From Rhina ancylostomus (taxonomy: Eukaryota), in contig JARFYF010000001.1 in NCBI GenBank assembly GCA_030265395.1, positions 30,718,978 to 30,782,977 on the forward strand: DNA of 64,000 nucleotides, given 5' to 3'. Every line of letters starts with the position of its first letter. Positions within the stretch are counted from its first letter, which is position 1. The translations under genes were made by a program, and so were the position numbers. Shown piece by piece: positions 13,500 through 25,412 of this stretch. The notes beneath the pieces were generated by a model. It was not told the origin of the DNA and searched no databases. It saw only the letters and a program-made list of their open reading frames with translations.

Positions 13500-13710
13500 C
13501 ATCATCCAGAGACCCAAATAGTCTTTCCAGGTGAAGCAGCAATTCACTTGCACTATTTCTTACATGTTCACAATGTGGCTTTGTCTGCATTGGAAAAACT
13601 AAACTCAGAACACGTAAGCAATTTGCAGAACACCTACACTCAATCTGCAATGGTGACCCCAAGCTCCCCATTCCCCACTATTAATTCTCCATTTCATACC
13701 CACTCTTGTA
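13500..13710 (+). mobile_element. Penelope-like element, GIY-YIG endonuclease remnant
   Basis: Translation across frameshifts gives QRPK*SFQVKQQFTC...CSQCGFVCIGKTK..QFAEHLHSICNGDPKLPIP..NSPFHTHS, the PLE C..C...YIG.T..R..EH signature. Confidence 0.75.
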
Positions 13711-13810
13711 NNNNNNNNNNNNNNNNNNNNNNNNNNNNNNNNNNNNNNNNNNNNNNNNNNNNNNNNNNNNNNNNNNNNNNNNNNNNNNNNNNNNNNNNNN
13801 NNNNNNNNNN

Positions 13811-14150
13811 CCCCTCTGCAAGCTTTGAAAGCCTTCCTCGCTCTCCACTACCCCTCCAATCGTATTGTCATCAGCAAATTGCTGATCCAATTTACCACAT
13901 CATCATCTAGATCATTGATTAAGACAACAAACAACAATGGCCCCAGCACATATCCCTGAGGCACACCACTAGTCACAGGCCTCCAGTCTGAGAAACAAGC
14001 TTCCTCTACCACTGTCTTCTCCCACACAGCCAATTTCAAATCCAGTTTACAACCTCTCCATGCATACCTAGTGTCTGAACCTTCTGAACTCCCCTCCCAC
14101 GTGGGACCTTGTCAAAGGCCTTCCTAAAGTCCATGTAGACAACATCCACT
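13811..14150 (-). mobile_element. CR1 reverse-transcriptase core fragment
   Basis: Minus ORFs give DWRPVTSGVPQGYVLGPLLFVVLINDLD and QFADDNTIGG. Upstream sequence encodes VDVVYMDFRKAFDKVP. Confidence 0.9.
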
Positions 14151-15023
14151 TTATTCAGTTATTTGGTATGTGATATTTTAATGAAGGTTCATTTTGAAAG
14201 CTTGATAAACTATATTAATTGCATTAACCTTTTCCACTCTTTGTTATTTCAAAGAACTGAATGAGGTCGGTTGAGCAAGACATTGCTTTCAAAATCCATA
14301 CTGACTGCTCATTATTTTTACTTTCTACCTATCTTCAGTTTTCACTTTTGGAAGGATTCAGTTATTTTTCCAGCAGACTGATCTTAAGATCCTTGAATAT
14401 GATCAATTTCCATTCATAAGTACCGACAGTACGTTGGTTATCCATCTGACCTCTTGTGCTACACTTTCTAATTCTTAAATGTAATACTGCCTCTCTCACT
14501 TCTCCACATTCTTTTAATACGTAAAGACCCAGGAGGTTTATCATCTTTGAGTCCGATTAGTTTGCTTAATAATCCTCCTATTTTATTTAAAGTTCAGATA
14601 CATTATTTCCAAAGTCTTTTTTATCGTATCCAACGGTAGTTAATAATTAGTTTTACTATCACGGCCTATAATATTTACCTTTCTAATCCAATCCTGACTT
14701 TCCTGTTTTTATTTTAGACTGTTTTACTATGCTGTTTTATGCCCATAATAATTTAATCTGCTGATTTTTTTTTTCCCTTCATCCTATTTTAATTTCTCCC
14801 TGAACCTCACCTCTCTTGTACAGTGTATTGCCTCTCCCCCTGCCCTCAGTTTTTCTCCTAGGTCTTCATACACTCAAGTTACAGAGTGCCTCTCTTTTTG
14901 CAGAATATATTTTCCCTCTACTCTGGTCACAGTTTTAATTGTTTGCGGTCACTGCTCAATATTGTTTGCATTAACATTCTCACAAGGATGCTGGCAGGGC
15001 TGCAGAATGTTTGTAATATTTGC

Positions 15024-15264
15024 ATCAGGGAGGAGGTACAGGAGCCTGAAGACCCACACTGAATGATTCAGGAACAGCTTCTTCCCCTCTGCCATCAGAT
15101 TTCTGAACAGTCCATGAACCTATGAACACTACATCGTCATTCCTTTTTTTGCACTATTTATTTATTTTGCAATTTATAGTAATTTTTATGTCTTTGCACT
15201 GTACTGCTGCCACAAAGTAACAAATTTTATGTCAAATGTCAGTCATAATAAACTTGATTCTGAT
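15024..15264 (+). mobile_element. Rex1/Babar-like LINE 3' end
   Basis: SGRRYRSLKTHT..FRNSFFPSAIRFLN, then a T-rich UTR ending aataaacttgattctgat. Confidence 0.75.
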
Positions 15265-15289
15265 AACGTACTTCTAATTGCCACATTAA

Positions 15290-15490
15290 CTCACCTGTTC
15301 TCACCTAATCAGAGGTACTTCCTTCATTCTACCAATCCTTTCCCCACCTTCTCTGTGACTTGTTTACTCCCTTTCCCAGTTCTGACATTGGGTCTTGGAA
15401 CTGAAACATTAACTCTTGTTTTTCCTTCCACAGATGAAGTGTTTATGGAATTTTCTGTGTTTATTTCAGATTTCTGCAGTTTTATTTGAG
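15290..15490 (+). mobile_element. Penelope-like terminal repeat, decayed
   Basis: cagtt-CTGACAT...GAAA-catt-aact at 15377-15414, followed by the tccacagatg...ttatttcagattt unit. Confidence 0.6.
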
Positions 15491-18400
15491 TTCCACCTGG
15501 TCATTGGGGTCTGGTGCATCTGAGTCACAGTTAGTTTTCCAGCAATTCCAGAGTACTCTTACTAGAGTTACAATGAGAGTGCATTGTCAACTTTCAGCTT
15601 CATGTGTTGTGCCACAATTGTTACTTCTTGACTCAAAAATTAGTGGCTTCAAATGAAGTCTCTCAGCCAAAATATATCTTAGTACACTAAAAAAAACACA
15701 AATATAAAATACTCTTTCAGAAGAAGGGATTCTTTTCCCTGTTTATCCAACTGGTTACCATTTCACTTCATACTCAAGAGATGCAATTAAGAGACATCCT
15801 AGCTAATGACACTGTGTATGGAATACTTCAGGTCAAGATACATTTTAATAAACACTTGTGGAAGTTCTTTATTTATTTGGCCTCATTTGATGATTTGAGG
15901 ATCTCAGCTGCATTCTAAAACAATATTTTGTTATGAAGTTTCAGAGAACACTTCATAGTCCTTGAAATAAAAAAATGTTTCAACTTAGTCTGAACTGCTG
16001 GCTATTTCGCAACAAGGCAGTGAGTAGAGCTGATTTTATGAAAGCATTTTGGTGTCAGAAAGCCACATTCATCAGCAGAGTATACTCAGAAAATTACTTC
16101 TCTATAACTTAACACTCAAGTTCCAATGACTTACATGGGATGAGTTTGACCATTTCTCGGCCAAGTTACCCAGTGGAGCCCAAATGATGGAAATCAAAAT
16201 CAGCCCTTAAAGATCGATTGTAGTGCAATTTTCTACATATTTGTAAGTAGTTCTCATTTGCCTGCTGTTCAGTTAAACATAATCATATATGAATAATGAA
16301 TAAAAATCAATAATTTTTTATCAGACTAGTTAAAAAATTTCTATCAATTTTTGTCCCTGAATCTACGACATGCATTAACTTATTGGGACCAATGTCTTTA
16401 GAATTAATTGCTTTCTGCTTTCCATGTTTTCCTTTCTTCCAATTTTGTCCACTTTTAAATATACAAAATTCTTGTCATTTATGTTTATACTTCACAAATT
16501 GCAATATGTCATTGATTTACTACAGACACCTGCTCTGTCAGCTGTTTGAAAGCCTGTATATATAGTGAGATATTTTTCATTATATTATGCCACACATACT
16601 CATGTCATGAATATAACTTACCAATATGATAATTTGCTTGGCTGGGTGTAAAACAATGGGAATAATCTTGAAATCCACATATGATTTGATTTTTGTGTTT
16701 CTGTTTCCAAGGTGATTAATTGTGGATGTCTTCCATATTTGTTCATACATTCTACGCAATGCCATGTTTCTAACTAATTGAACACTTATGTTGCAGAGAA
16801 ATTTATGGAACTCGGTTTAAGAAGTAAGAATTGAAAAATTAGAGGCTTCACTTATTTCAGTTTACCCCTACTTAGGAAGCCCAATAATTGCAAGAGCATG
16901 TGCCAAGAATTAAAGTGCAAGTTGACATGCTCAAAACATTAAAATGAAAACTGGCACTTGATTTAATTGATTATAACATCCAATGGTTAAGTGCTACAGT
17001 GTTCTGTGGATTCTTTTTTGAAAAAGATTACAATTTCCTGGCAAAATCTTTGAATTATTGTGGAAATCTATCCAATGACTTGCAATCTGCAGACCATTTA
17101 CTGACTTTATTTTGTGATTTGGTTTTCATTTCGGAGGAAGGAAGAAGTCCAAACCATAACCCTATATTTTTCCCTTCACTGAATGTTATGTGCAGCATTT
17201 CCAACACATCTTGTTCTGTTTCAGGGAAGGCAATTATTCCCTTGTTTCTGCTCCATTATTCAATGAGATCATGCATGATCCATGTCCTAACTCCATTCAT
17301 TCTTAAGCTTTGGAATGTCTGAGAAATTGTGATACTNNNNNNNNNNNNNNNNNNNNNNNNNNNNNNNNNNNNNNNNNNNNNNNNNNNNNNNNNNNNNNNN
17401 NNNNNNNNNNNNNNNNNNNNNNNNNNNNNNNNNNNNNNNNNNNNNNNNNNNNNNNNNNNNNNNNNNNNNNNNNNNNNNNNNNNNNNNNNNNNNNNNNNNN
17501 NNNNNNNNNNNNNNNNNNNNNNNNNNNNNNNNNNNNNNNNNNNNNNNNNNNNNNNNNTGGAAACCTGTGAAGAGCAAGCAGTTCTACAGGTAGTTGAAGC
17601 AAGAAGGCTGCCAGAAATAAGTACACGGGGCATTGCAGAAAGCCCCATTGCCTCTACCACCTGAATAACATTCCACAGTTCAACTGTCTAATTTAAATAG
17701 GCTCAGAACTCAAAATAACAGGGCCCCTTTTGCTATTGGAATGGAGAGCTGCGTGGCTGTTTAAAATTCAAACACTATCTTGGCTGCCATATATATTTGA
17801 AAAGGAAACAAATATATTTTAAAAACTCAATAAAATTATTAAAATCTGTAAAGTAAAAACATGAGCCTCACAATTCTGGGGCAAAACATTTCATCAGAAT
17901 CAATTACACTGAAAATCTTAAGCCTGTTATTTCTAATAGACAGACCTGCTAACTATTTTCAACACTTTATGCAATTGAACTATTACATTAAATGATTAAT
18001 TAAGTATGGCCCTCAAGAACTTCATTGCACACTATATTGAGGAGAATGAACATATTTTGTCGTACTAACATGTCAAGAAATTTATACCTTTCACACTTTT
18101 CCCTACTTTTGCTGGTGAAATTGGATAAATGGAATCACATTGGTTCCACTGAAGTACTACACTTCAACTATTTGTGTGGATTCCTGTGAAACAAGATTAA
18201 AATGTATCCCTAACATGTTTTATCCAATTGATTATCCTAATTATACAAATATATTGCAATAATAAGTTGTCCGTTTTGAATCTAAACTATGAGTTTTTCC
18301 TCAGGTGTCTTTTGACCATATTTTAATACAACTTTGCATCTCAGTAAGACTCCAACTGCACTTGGCTTGAGGTCTTTTCATGACGTTATTGAGGAAATTT

Positions 18401-18575
18401 GAACAGGGCTTGAGGATAATTTTAACCTAACCTACACAGCTACAGACTGACAGAGATGGATTCAGCAGCATATATGCCAGATCCAAGCAGGTCAGTTCCA
18501 CACTAAGGAAAAACTCTCTTCATGGGTTGCTTCAGAATCATTAAAGCTGCTACCACCAACTTTAACAATTCTGAA

Positions 18576-18860
18576 GCAACACAAACGAATTTCAGGAGGA
18601 AGTCAGCAGGTCAAGCAGCATCTATGGAGGAAAATGAAGAGTTGACGTTTTGGGTTGAGACCCTTCATCAGGACTGGAAGGGAAGAGGGCAGAAGTCAAA
18701 ATAAAAGGGTAGGGGGAGGGGGAGGAGCATGAGCTGGCAGGTGATAGGTGAATCCAGGTGAGAGGGAGAAGGTAGGTAGGTGGGGGAGGAGTGTAAAAGG
18801 GAATGATGTGAGAAGCTGAGAGGTAATAGGCAGAAGAGGCAAAGGGCTGAAGAAGAAGAA
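18576..18860 (-). mobile_element. Penelope-like terminal repeat / 3' UTR
   Basis: cagcaggtcaagcagcatctatggagg unit, a hammerhead motif and a purine-rich stretch homologous to 45430-45640. Confidence 0.8.
18640..18676 (-). ncRNA. Degenerate minimal type-I hammerhead ribozyme (PLE-associated)
   Basis: RNA sense reads cagtc-CUGAUGA-a-GGGU-cuca-ACCC-AAAA-CG-UC-aacu. The CUGANGA core, stem II, ACGU palindrome and GUC triplet are present, but G12 is changed to A. Confidence 0.6.
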
Positions 18861-20344
18861 ACCAGTTTACTGATAATATACACCTTTATTACTGATTGTT
18901 ATTTATAAGTTAACACACTTTAGCTAAGGATTCCTTGATAAGGTGCAAACCCCTTTTGCAGTACTCACAAGATGAGTAAAACTATGGGGTTGACTTGTTG
19001 TCTGGATTCCTACAGGTCCTGAAGTTCCTCCTGAATGTTGTTTGACAAAACAGGTAATGAATGCTCTGCAACTCCTCATCCTCCAGCAAGGTAAAGCTTG
19101 CTGAATCTCCTATGTAGACTGAACATATTGAGTTAGCCATCTTGATCTCCCCTGTGCTGCCTCATGTTTGAACTTTGTCAGTTCTCCTCACTCACTAAGT
19201 GTACCTCCTTTATGAATGAAATGTTTAAAGGTCATCAGGAGTGAATTTGTAAATTCCCCATTAACTATTGCTGAATAGACATAGAAGCTGTGCTCCTACC
19301 AAGTCTGTAAATTAGTATATTTTACACTGACACTCACAGGTACAATCTTAGAAACAAACATTTGAAAGTACTCTAAAACTGCTGACGCAAAATATTGCTG
19401 CACCATGACACTCTTAATGATACAAATGAATTTTGTTCCCTGGTATTTTCGCTGCTGTTTAGTAATAGAACCAATGCATGCAATTTAGGAATCCCTTGTT
19501 TTGGGTTTCATAATAACTGAAATTCATCAAAAGATTGCCACCTGCATTTCTTCTGAGCAGATTTCCCCAGCTAGCTGTCAATCATTCTTCTAGTTTTGTG
19601 GAGATATTTAGAACAATTACTTAAATATTGATGACACATGTCATGATAAATTTCCTTGAATGCTGTCCTGTGTATCTTTTTGATGTATCCCAGAAGAATA
19701 GTTCTTAATATATAGATTGACCTATTCTGTTGCATTGTGAGGCTTTGAAGAAGGAAAGTCAATTTTGATTGATAGATAGCAGTTTTATAAAATCAACTCA
19801 CAAGAAGATCAGTAGGATAAAGCAGAATCAATTTTTGGACCATTAGACACAATCCCTTTGCTTTCATTTGACCATCATGATGAAACAAATCTTCCACAGC
19901 TATACAGTGATAAAATAAAATCAGCATTTGGAACAAATAGCTATGCAGAATTTTGGTTTTGATTTAATGTGCAGACAATAACCGTGAATAGGATTTTCAG
20001 TCAGAATTGCTCTATGTGGAGTTAATAGGCTAAAAATTGTAGAATACATAGAAATACATGGTTTACTGTGACAGGGGACCCATGTAAGTCTTTTTTTCTC
20101 CCCAGATTGTGCCTTTGGACTTTTATGAAAAGGTAATGACAATATGGATTTAAGTGAAACACATGGGTTCATGTGCCACTCTGAACATATTATAGATATG
20201 TTAAAGCCTACTTGTGCATGTCATTGGTTTACTTGAAGACTTTGTTTCTGTTAACTATCCTGAGTTTTGATCTTTACAGCATATGGGACTGGTCTGAGCT
20301 TGTGATAAATAATGGAGCAATTGGGACAATTGGCTTTTACTTAC

Positions 20345-20710
20345 TGGGGTGGATTTCATTGAATCTTGTAAGATTCTGATGGAATGGGATACAGAAGAGG
20401 TGCGCTCAGTGGTGGAGGAGTCCAGACAAAATGGCTACATCCTAAAGATTTAGGGTAGCCCTTTAGCACTGAGATGAGATAAAATAGCTTCATGCAAAGA
20501 AGACTCCACCACAAAAGAGAGTTGAATCCAAATCATTGATTATATTCAAGAAGAATTTAGATGAATTGCTAATGGATAAAGAGATCCAGGGATATGGGAA
20601 GAAAGCAGGAACAGGGTGCTCAATTTGGATGATAAGCAGTGCTGATATTAAATTGCAGAACAGACTTGAAAAGCTGAGTGGCCTACTCCTGGTCCTAATT
20701 TCTATGTTTC
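20345..20710 (+). mobile_element. CR1 3' end, decayed
   Basis: GDFIES..ILMEW-like segment and tail gagtggcctactcctggtcctaatttctatgtttc. Confidence 0.7.
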
Positions 20711-20972
20711 TAGATAACATTGCATCTTTTCTGATGTACAAGTGAAAAGTTCTCAAGCTTGGTCACAGATGCTAAAGCTCTTGATATAGATGTACATTGT
20801 ACTACATGATGCAATCCATTTGCCAAAATGTCTGTTAAGCCTTACCAGGGTAGATTTTCAATTTGATGTACATGTCAATCACTGATTGTTAATCAACAAG
20901 TGTACTTCAAAGTCTATTAGTTTCAGTTGTTATTGCCTGTGGCCTACATATTGTACAATCCCATCTGTTGTT

Positions 20973-21170
20973 CAGAAAAACAGAACACGTTAGGGATACT
21001 CAGTCAGTGATCCAGCATTCACGTAGAGAGAAACTCAGTTAATGTTTCAGGTCTAGGACCTATCCTCAGAAGTGGAAAAGTGAATTTTAAAAAAGCATAT
21101 TTTAAGTTGTAGAAGCAGGGAGTGGTGGAGAGAACAAATTAAATATCCGTGATGGGATAGAGACCCAGCC
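20973..21170 (-). mobile_element. Penelope-like terminal repeat
   Basis: Same unit as the other copies; contains the motif at 21036-21074. Confidence 0.65.
21036..21074 (-). ncRNA. Minimal hammerhead ribozyme motif with intact catalytic core
   Basis: RNA sense reads cacuu-CUGAGGA-u-AGGUC-cua-GACCU-GAAA-CA-UU-aacug. CUGANGA and GAAA are intact, stem II is a perfect 5 bp and stem I pairs 4/5. Confidence 0.6.
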
Positions 21171-21849
21171 TGTGCAAGTGAAATAAATTTTTCAGTGTTG
21201 TTAAGTGGGGGGAGCTGATGGGCCAGCTATCTGTTGTTTGAATGAATGGCTAAACTATGAAGTCCTCCTCACTGTTGTCATTTTGAATTGCCACTGAAAC
21301 TGACTTTATTGCTTGTCTTAGCCTTGGATTTACAGGCTAATGAAATGTGATATCTTCTTTTGATGACTAAAACATTTCATCCCGAGATAAGTGATGGCCA
21401 TTGCAATGATAGAAATTGATTGAACTGGTCTCACTAGTATGCAGCAGACTTGGTTTCATATCCTGGGACTTTGCTACAGCTGTCTGATTGTGAGCTACAA
21501 GTATACCGTGCCCCTGAGGCAGATAACATTTTCGAACAATCTTAAGTGCCAAATCCATCCACACTACAATTCGACAAGCAAGTTCAAATTTCAGGTGTTG
21601 TGTGAACAATTTCAAATCAATTTCCAATGGCAAAAAAAAATGACATAAGGCACTACAACTGAATTGCAAGGATAAATTCATTAATAAACAGTGCACTTGC
21701 TAAATGTCTCATGCTGCTTCTGCTTCCTTATCCCAAATTTATACCTTTCAGTTATTTCTAATGACTTAAATGAAAGGCATAAATTCCTGCTTCTGTGCAA
21801 CATCTTTAAACGAAGTATCTTTTGCTTTGTGTGGTATAAGATTTGTCAT

Positions 21850-22070
21850 TGTGCAATATCCTCCTGGAATCTCCATCAGATGACTTTTTATGCTCGTAAA
21901 TTGTGTTGATTTGGGCTTCCACAGTATAATCTTCTCCTTCAACTCCCAGGATATTGTTTGCTTTACAGAACATGTCCATTCTTCTGATGTACAAGTGAAT
22001 AGTCCCTCAACCTGAACATACATGGGAAAGCTCCTAACTTCAACAGATGGGGCAACCATGTTGCCACCTT
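21850..22070 (-). pseudogene. Possible Gypsy-type gag N-terminal fossil
   Basis: Joining frames gives FPMYVQVE-DYSL-YIRRMDMFCKANNI, resembling the gag motif EDW..YIER.E.FF.AN.I. Confidence 0.4.
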
Positions 22071-23189
22071 CCTATTCAACTGTGACATGGCCAACGATGC
22101 ACGTAATAATCCAGTGATGGGACAATGCTACTAGCTTTACTAAGGCTCATGTTATGCATGCATGTCTGTACACACAGAGGCCTTAGACAAGCAAAATTCA
22201 GCGTAAATAGCGACAGGAAATCAACACAAAACATCATTTATGGTGCTCCAAATTCACCTAAAGCTTTCCGCATGAGAGTTATCCACATTCTTCAGCAAAC
22301 ACCTCAATATCTTAATCACTAAGTTGTAGGCTACACAGAGTGCACCAAGAGGCAGGAAATAATTATCCAAAGAAGTTTAGTTTGTTTGTAAGACAGCAAA
22401 CTATTTACATATTAGAAGACATACTGCAGATGAATGTTCCAGAATGTGAAATTATTACATTGTTGGAGAAGTATGCACACTACACGACTCTGCTCTCCAA
22501 TAGAATCACAATACAAACACATGCAGATACAGTAATTTCTTGATTTGCTAAAAGGTTGTATTTCTGGAAGACATTTTGCTAAGTGAAATTCCATAAATGG
22601 AAAAGTCTGGGCAAAATGCATTATGAACATTTCAATACGATGTACTCCCGTGTGTGAAAAATGGTACACTATTCATTATAGCATAAAATAATTTTGTAAA
22701 TAGAAGACAGATACTCAAATGAGTTAATGATGAAAATTTCTACTTCCAATGTTCATAAATCAAGTAAATACTGTGCAGAGAAATCAGTACGTTCCATACT
22801 TAAAGATACAGAACAATTGTAAAATCAGTTTTGCATCCTATAAATCAAAATCTACACCATGTGTTCTTGATGGTGCCATAGCAGAGGAATCCACTGGAAA
22901 GGAAGAGGATAATGATTTTTGAGGTGCAGGGAGCATGGTAGAAAAAATAAGAGAGAATAGATGAGAAAATCGGCAGCTGCAGGAGTGTTGATGTAGTTGG
23001 AGGGCTAACACATATAAAAACAAAATTTAGAATGTACAATTACAAAACGATTTTAACAAAACAGATAAAGAGGGAGTGGGTTTGGAAAGCAGTATGAGCA
23101 TAAGAGTGATAATGGATTTGAAAGTGTTCAAACTTGATGCCATCTGATGGAAAATTTGAGAGGCTAGCTGGAATAAGCATGGAAGGATA

Positions 23190-23957
23190 GGCCACAGCCA
23201 AGAAAGCTCACCAGCAAGTTTACTTCCTCAGGAGGCTAAAGAAATTTGGCATGTCCCTTTTGACACTTAGCAATTTTTATCGATGCACCATAGGAAACAT
23301 CCCATCTAGATGCATCGCAGCTTGGTATGGCAATGGCTCTGCCCAGGACCGCAAGAAACTGCAGAGCGTTGTGGACACAGTCCAGTGTGTCACGGAAACC
23401 AGCCTTCCCTCCATGAATTCTGTCTATATCGCTTGCTGCCTTTGTGAAGCAGCTGGCATAATCAAAGACCACAGCCACCCGGGTCATTCTCTCTTCTCTC
23501 CTCTTCCATCAGGCAGAAGATATAGGAACGGAGGGCAAAAACCACCAGGCTCAAGGACAGCTTCTATCCCACTGTGATAAGACTATTGAACAGTTCCCTT
23601 ATATGATGAGTTGGAATCTTGACCTCACAATCTACATTGTTTGACCTTGTACCTTATTGTCTACCTGCAATGCACTTCNNNNNNNNNNNNNNNNNNNNNN
23701 NNNNNNNNNNNNNNNNNNNNNNNNNNNNNNNNNNNNNNNNNNNNNNNNNNNNNNNNNNNNNNNNNNNNNNNNNNNNNNATTGTCTACCTGCAATGCACTT
23801 CCTCTGTAGTTGTGACACTTTACTCTGTATTCTTTTATTGTTTTTACTCTGTACTACCTCAATGCACTGTGTAATGAATTGATCTGTACAAACGGTATGC
23901 AAGACACGTTTTTCACAGTACCTTGGTACAAGTGACAATAATAAGCCAATACCAATA
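23190..23957 (+). mobile_element. Rex1/Babar-like LINE 3' portion
   Basis: KKAHQQVYFLRRLKKFG leads into ORF 23251-23577 (NFYRCTIGNI..CIAAWYGNGSAQDRKKLQSVV...IIKDHSHPGHSLFSPLPSGRRYR). Tail is (CCAATA)n. Confidence 0.88.
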
Positions 23958-24344
23958 AGAGAAGATAGGAGGGCAGTGAAATTAGGGTAGGGAGAACAAG
24001 ACAGTTAAAATGAACATTTGATATCACTGAGACTGAGAAATTCTTGAGTAGAGCAACTAAAGTTAGATCAGTGAAAAATGCAGAGTAGCATAATGGTGAG
24101 GGGTGGGAAGGAAACATTGCAAAGAAGTTAAAAGGATAGAATAGGTGGGAAGCTCAAAGGAGGAGAAAGTGCTGTAGAGACAGTAAAGATCATAAACCAC
24201 ATTGACGCTTGGGTGGAAAATACAGCTGGGGATCCAGGCTTCACTAAAGGGCAATATATCAATCAACAATAAGTCAAGTCTCCAGCAAATCCACTACAAG
24301 CACATAGAAGATAAATGTTGTTTTCTCAAATGAACAGGTGATCG

Positions 24345-24625
24345 GGAGGGAATTGTAGAGCTGCTGGAGATGCTGGCATAAGATAGGGTATCAATATATG
24401 AGGTGAGCAGGACCAGAAGGAATTGGCAAGATTGGCACTCTTCGATGTACTGCATGGGAAATCTCTCAATATGCACATCATAAATGACTACAGGCATAGA
24501 ACTGTGTGTGTCAATGTCAACTAATCTAGCAACAACCACAATGTCTTCATCCTCAAGCAACCAAAGGTGTCAATCATTATTTGAGTCACAAAGAAGATTG
24601 CAAGGTCAGTCAAGGATATTTCTGC
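24345..24625 (+). pseudogene. PIF/Harbinger DDE transposase fossil
   Basis: From 24462 the frame reads SLNMHIINDYRHRTVCVNVN*SSNNHNVFILKQPKVS, then after a frameshift SLFESQRRLQG..QGY. This is collinear with the Harbinger pattern SLNVQLVCD....I..V...PGS.HD.FIL..S.....F....L.GWLLGDKGY. Confidence 0.7.
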
Positions 24626-25230
24626 ATTCAGGCATTGTGGATTCCAGCTGAGCCTCACATCTAGCAGGGCATGTGCAACCACTAGAATCATAATTGAGCA
24701 CACCACAGAAATTCCAAAGTAATGCTTTAACTGCTTTGACTAGTCAACTAGCATTCTGCATTACAGTCCTGTCAAACCTCATGCATCATTTTGGTATGCT
24801 TTGAACTGCAGAATTTTGCCGAGTGTTTTTTTTTCCATAAAATCATTACAAAGAAGGGCAAAATCCAACACAATTGAGAGAAAATCTCCATGAAGATATT
24901 GACCTCGAAATTCTATCACATTGTTTGATGATTGTGTACACTATTCAACAGGAATTTTTAAAAATCAAAGCCAATCACTCAACTTGATTGTAGGCTCATT
25001 GGATCAATTTCAAAGTTCAGGATATTGCCATTGAGCTTTTCCTTCCAGTAACTTATTCACACATGCAAGATCTTGGGCCTGTACATATTAGAGTTTTGTA
25101 GTGATGGACATGCACAAAATTGACCCACCACACTATTGGGGCATTCTCGCCGATGGAGAATCTTTAGGGTTGTATTTGCTGATAGTTGCACGTGAATAGG
25201 ACACAGGCCAGAAAAAGTTTTAACATAGCA

Positions 25231-25412
25231 GTCATAGAATCATAGAAACATGCAGCATAGGAACATGCCCTGTTGGCCCACCTCTTCCACTCTGACAGCA
25301 ATGTATATCTACACTAATCGCACTTGCTTACATTGGCCTCTATCCCTCCACACCTTTCCTATCCAAGTACCCGTCCAAACTCCTTTTAACTGTTGTAATT
25401 GTATCTGCATCC
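25231..25412 (-). mobile_element. CR1 3' tail
   Basis: gtcatagaatcatagaaacatgcagcatagg...cctttcctatccaagtacccgtccaaa. Confidence 0.7.

Noticed and set aside
17256-17664. Cluster of long ORFs containing X runs
   Set aside because: They are produced by translating through N gaps, as are the other X-containing ORFs.
23656-23801. Direct repeat attgtctacctgcaatgcacttc on both sides of an N run
   Set aside because: The gap is exactly 100 N with overlapping contig ends, a scaffolding artefact and not a TSD.
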